From Anthoceros angustus (Eukaryota; Plantae; Anthocerotophyta): a stretch of DNA of 64,000 nt. The stretch spans positions 1,101,066 to 1,165,065 of the forward strand of contig MU008178.1 in assembly GCA_010909165.1 (NCBI GenBank). The letters run 5' to 3'. The notes beneath the pieces were generated by a model that was given only the letters and a program-made list of their open reading frames with translations, was not told the origin of the DNA and searched no databases. Shown in pieces: positions 61,778-64,000 of the stretch. Numbering within the stretch: position 1 is the stretch's first letter; every line of letters starts with the position of its first letter. Made by a program: the position numbers and the translations under genes.

Positions 61778-62193
61778 CAATGGCGCCCATCGTTCGACAA
61801 TGTCTTGTCATACAATGGCGCCCAACACTTGACAATGGCTTGCCATACAGACATGCCCAACGCCCAACAATAATAACGTCCAATTAACGCCCAACTATGG
61901 TGCCCAAATAACGCCCAACAATGGCGCCCAACGCCCAACTATGGCGCCCAATTAACGCCCAATAATGGTGCCCAATTAACGTCCAACAATGGCGCCTAAT
62001 TAACGCCCAACAATGGCGCCCAACGCCCAACTATGGCGCCCAATTAACGCCCAACTATGGCGCCCAATTAACGCCCAACAATGGCGCCCAATTAACGTCC
62101 AACAATGGCGCCCAATTAACGCCCAATAATGGCGCCCAACGCCCAACTATGGCGCCCAATGCCCGACAATGGCTAGCCATACAATGGTGCCCA
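61778..62193. repeat. Minisatellite, ~24-bp unit ATGGCGCCCAATTAACGCCCAAC(A/T) with shorter variants
   Basis: Direct inspection. Confidence 0.9.
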
Positions 62194-62599
62194 CATGTGG
62201 CTCATCCACTACGGTCTCCAGAATAGGAGCCTTCTCTTCCTCCTTATCCTCTCCGACCTACCTTGCTCTTCAAGATCGGCCATCTCTAACTAGCATCCTA
62301 GCTAAGAGATACTTCAACCTTCAACTCTGATACTACAAGTAACATCCCATTTCTAGCGAGGTGGACAGGCATGCAGTTAGGAGCGACAACACCCCAAGAT
62401 ACCAACACTAGGCCTCCAATTAGCCTGCCATCTTCCACAGGATGACTCACAGCCAGCACCTCCGCTGCTGCTCTTTACTTTAGCAAGAGTCAACAAGAAT
62501 GCATGAGATATCAGAGAGAGCTCCCTATCTTTGTCTAAGCTAAGTACATAGCTCTCTCCCCTCGATCTCCTCCTTACAGCTTTCCTCTAACACACTCAC

Positions 62600-62767
62600 A
62601 ATCTAGGCTTCCATAGCCTCTAGGCTCCTATAGCCTCAGGCTCAGATGCCTCACTGCCCCACGCCCTCTGGCTCCCTCCGGCTCCCATTTCAGTCTCCAA
62701 ATTCTCTAGGCTCCCACAGCCTCTAGGCTCCCACAGCTTCTAGGCTCCCACAGCCTCTAGGCTCCCA
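62600..62767. repeat. 17-bp imperfect tandem repeat CTCTAGGCTCCCACAGC
   Basis: Copies at ~62602-62643 and ~62704-62767. Confidence 0.8.
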
Positions 62768-62924
62768 AGATCTATCCTTAACAAGAGTGTGGCTGAAGTG
62801 CTAGGATTCTCTGCTAGATATGCACACAATCTAGGCTTGACCCCAATTAGCCCGCCACCTCATCCTCATAAGAGTGTGGCACCAGTGCTAGCATCACTAC
62901 TAGGGTGATCCCTCTAAAGCTTGC

Positions 62925-64000
62925 TGTGGAACGTTAAAAGTTTGGGGCAACCAAATTTAAAAGAGCCCAGAAGAACAAGTTTGATTTTTTTGGCTAAAGA
63001 CGATTGAAGGGATCATGCTAGGAATTTCTCAGAATCTTGAAGTCGAGTTGTAGGATATTGTTAGGAAGGCGAAGAGGATATCCGAGGAAGAAGAACGGGT
63101 CAAAACGACCCCGTGCAAGGCGTAATGGCAGTCAAGGGCGGTAGGTGGCGTATCATCAGAGGTCGCCACACTACACGGTAGGTCGAGAGGAAGGGCATCA
63201 CCGGGTAGGTCAAGGCCGACAAAAGGGAAATTAGGATAGGGAGATATCCACTATATATGCCCACCAATAGTGGACTAGATAAATGGGTCGAATAGGAAAT
63301 TAAAAGCTAGATTGGGCCGTTAGGAAACTAGGGGAAATAGTATCTTAGTATAAGAGGAATTGGGAAACTCCAATCAATCAGAAAAGGTGCCACGTGGTGC
63401 ATATCCAAGGGCGTAGTAGATTGGTAGTTACCATTCCTAACCCCAAGTTATCTTTCACGCATGTGTAGGAGGTCACAACTTGAAGGTGAGGAAGCGCCAA
63501 CACTGCAGGAAGGCGCCGCCACACCAAGAGTCAGAGAAGAGCCCCACACATGCGTACGTACACTGCGGTGGATAGAGAAGAGGGCAAGCTAGGAGAGGAG
63601 GAAGGAGCCCCGCCGACTTACGCTGAGGCCGATGGTGGTGGCCCGGGAAGGACGAGGGGAGAGGCGAGGAGGATGGCGTGTGGTAAGCGGTTGTCAGCCG
63701 CCGATAATAACGGCGGGATTCGGGAGAGGAGGGCCCGCCTCACGGATCATCCGATTGGGTGCACAAGCTGTCGGAATGAAGTTGGACCACCCATTCCGGG
63801 CGGAGGACCTTCCACATCGTGAAGGAGATAGGGGAAATAGGTGGTAGGCGGCGATTAGGGTATACCGGTGCTGCTCGGCTCGAGAGAAGTGTAATAAAGG
63901 CGCCACCTTGGGCATGATATAAGAATGAAATTTGCTCTAGTAAAGCATCTTTCTCTTGGTGTTGATGCGTTCTTGCGGACCTTTGTGAGTCTTCTTGCTA
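62925..64000 (+). mobile_element. Probable start of another gypsy-type LTR, running off the window
   Basis: Begins TGTGGAACG like the 36689 LTR, has CTATATATGCC ~325 bp in (~295 bp in the other LTR), and composition switches to purine-rich. Confidence 0.45.

Noticed and set aside
61778-62193. Array of TGGCGCCCAA resembling tRNA primer binding sites
   Set aside because: A tandem minisatellite not adjacent to an LTR end; the match is too short.
62895-62905. CACTACTAGG as a CACTA terminus
   Set aside because: No subterminal repeats or partner TIR in the window.

Overview
Eukaryotic, plant-like heterochromatic DNA (plant origin inferred from iMet-primed copia, Athila-like gypsy and CACTA elements). 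It consists almost entirely of nested transposable elements; I found no host gene, RNA gene or CRISPR array. Two nests can be rebuilt from terminal repeats and target-site duplications (TSDs). Nest 1: a CACTG-ended DNA transposon (3235-32992) with a DUF7869-like DDD transposase contains a non-autonomous CACTA element (7795-25067), which contains a 14-kb Sola2 element (10137-24240) carrying a RING-finger gene. Nest 2: a copia element (33802-61378) contains a hAT-like element (35583-56958), which contains a gypsy element with 4.3-kb protein-coding LTRs (36689-50633) and a second copia (51116-56185). The best candidate for an undescribed system is the cargo of the CACTG-ended transposon. Divergent from its transposase lies a gene or gene cluster encoding a possible GNAT acetyltransferase, a ParB/Srx-like domain and a beta-class N4C/N6A DNA methyltransferase. 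The second candidate is the ~800-codon ORF inside both gypsy LTRs. Nearly all reading frames are frameshifted. Many of the breaks I could check fall at CAG/CTG sites, which suggests methylation-related long-read consensus errors rather than true decay. All protein assignments are by-eye motif recognition, not database results.
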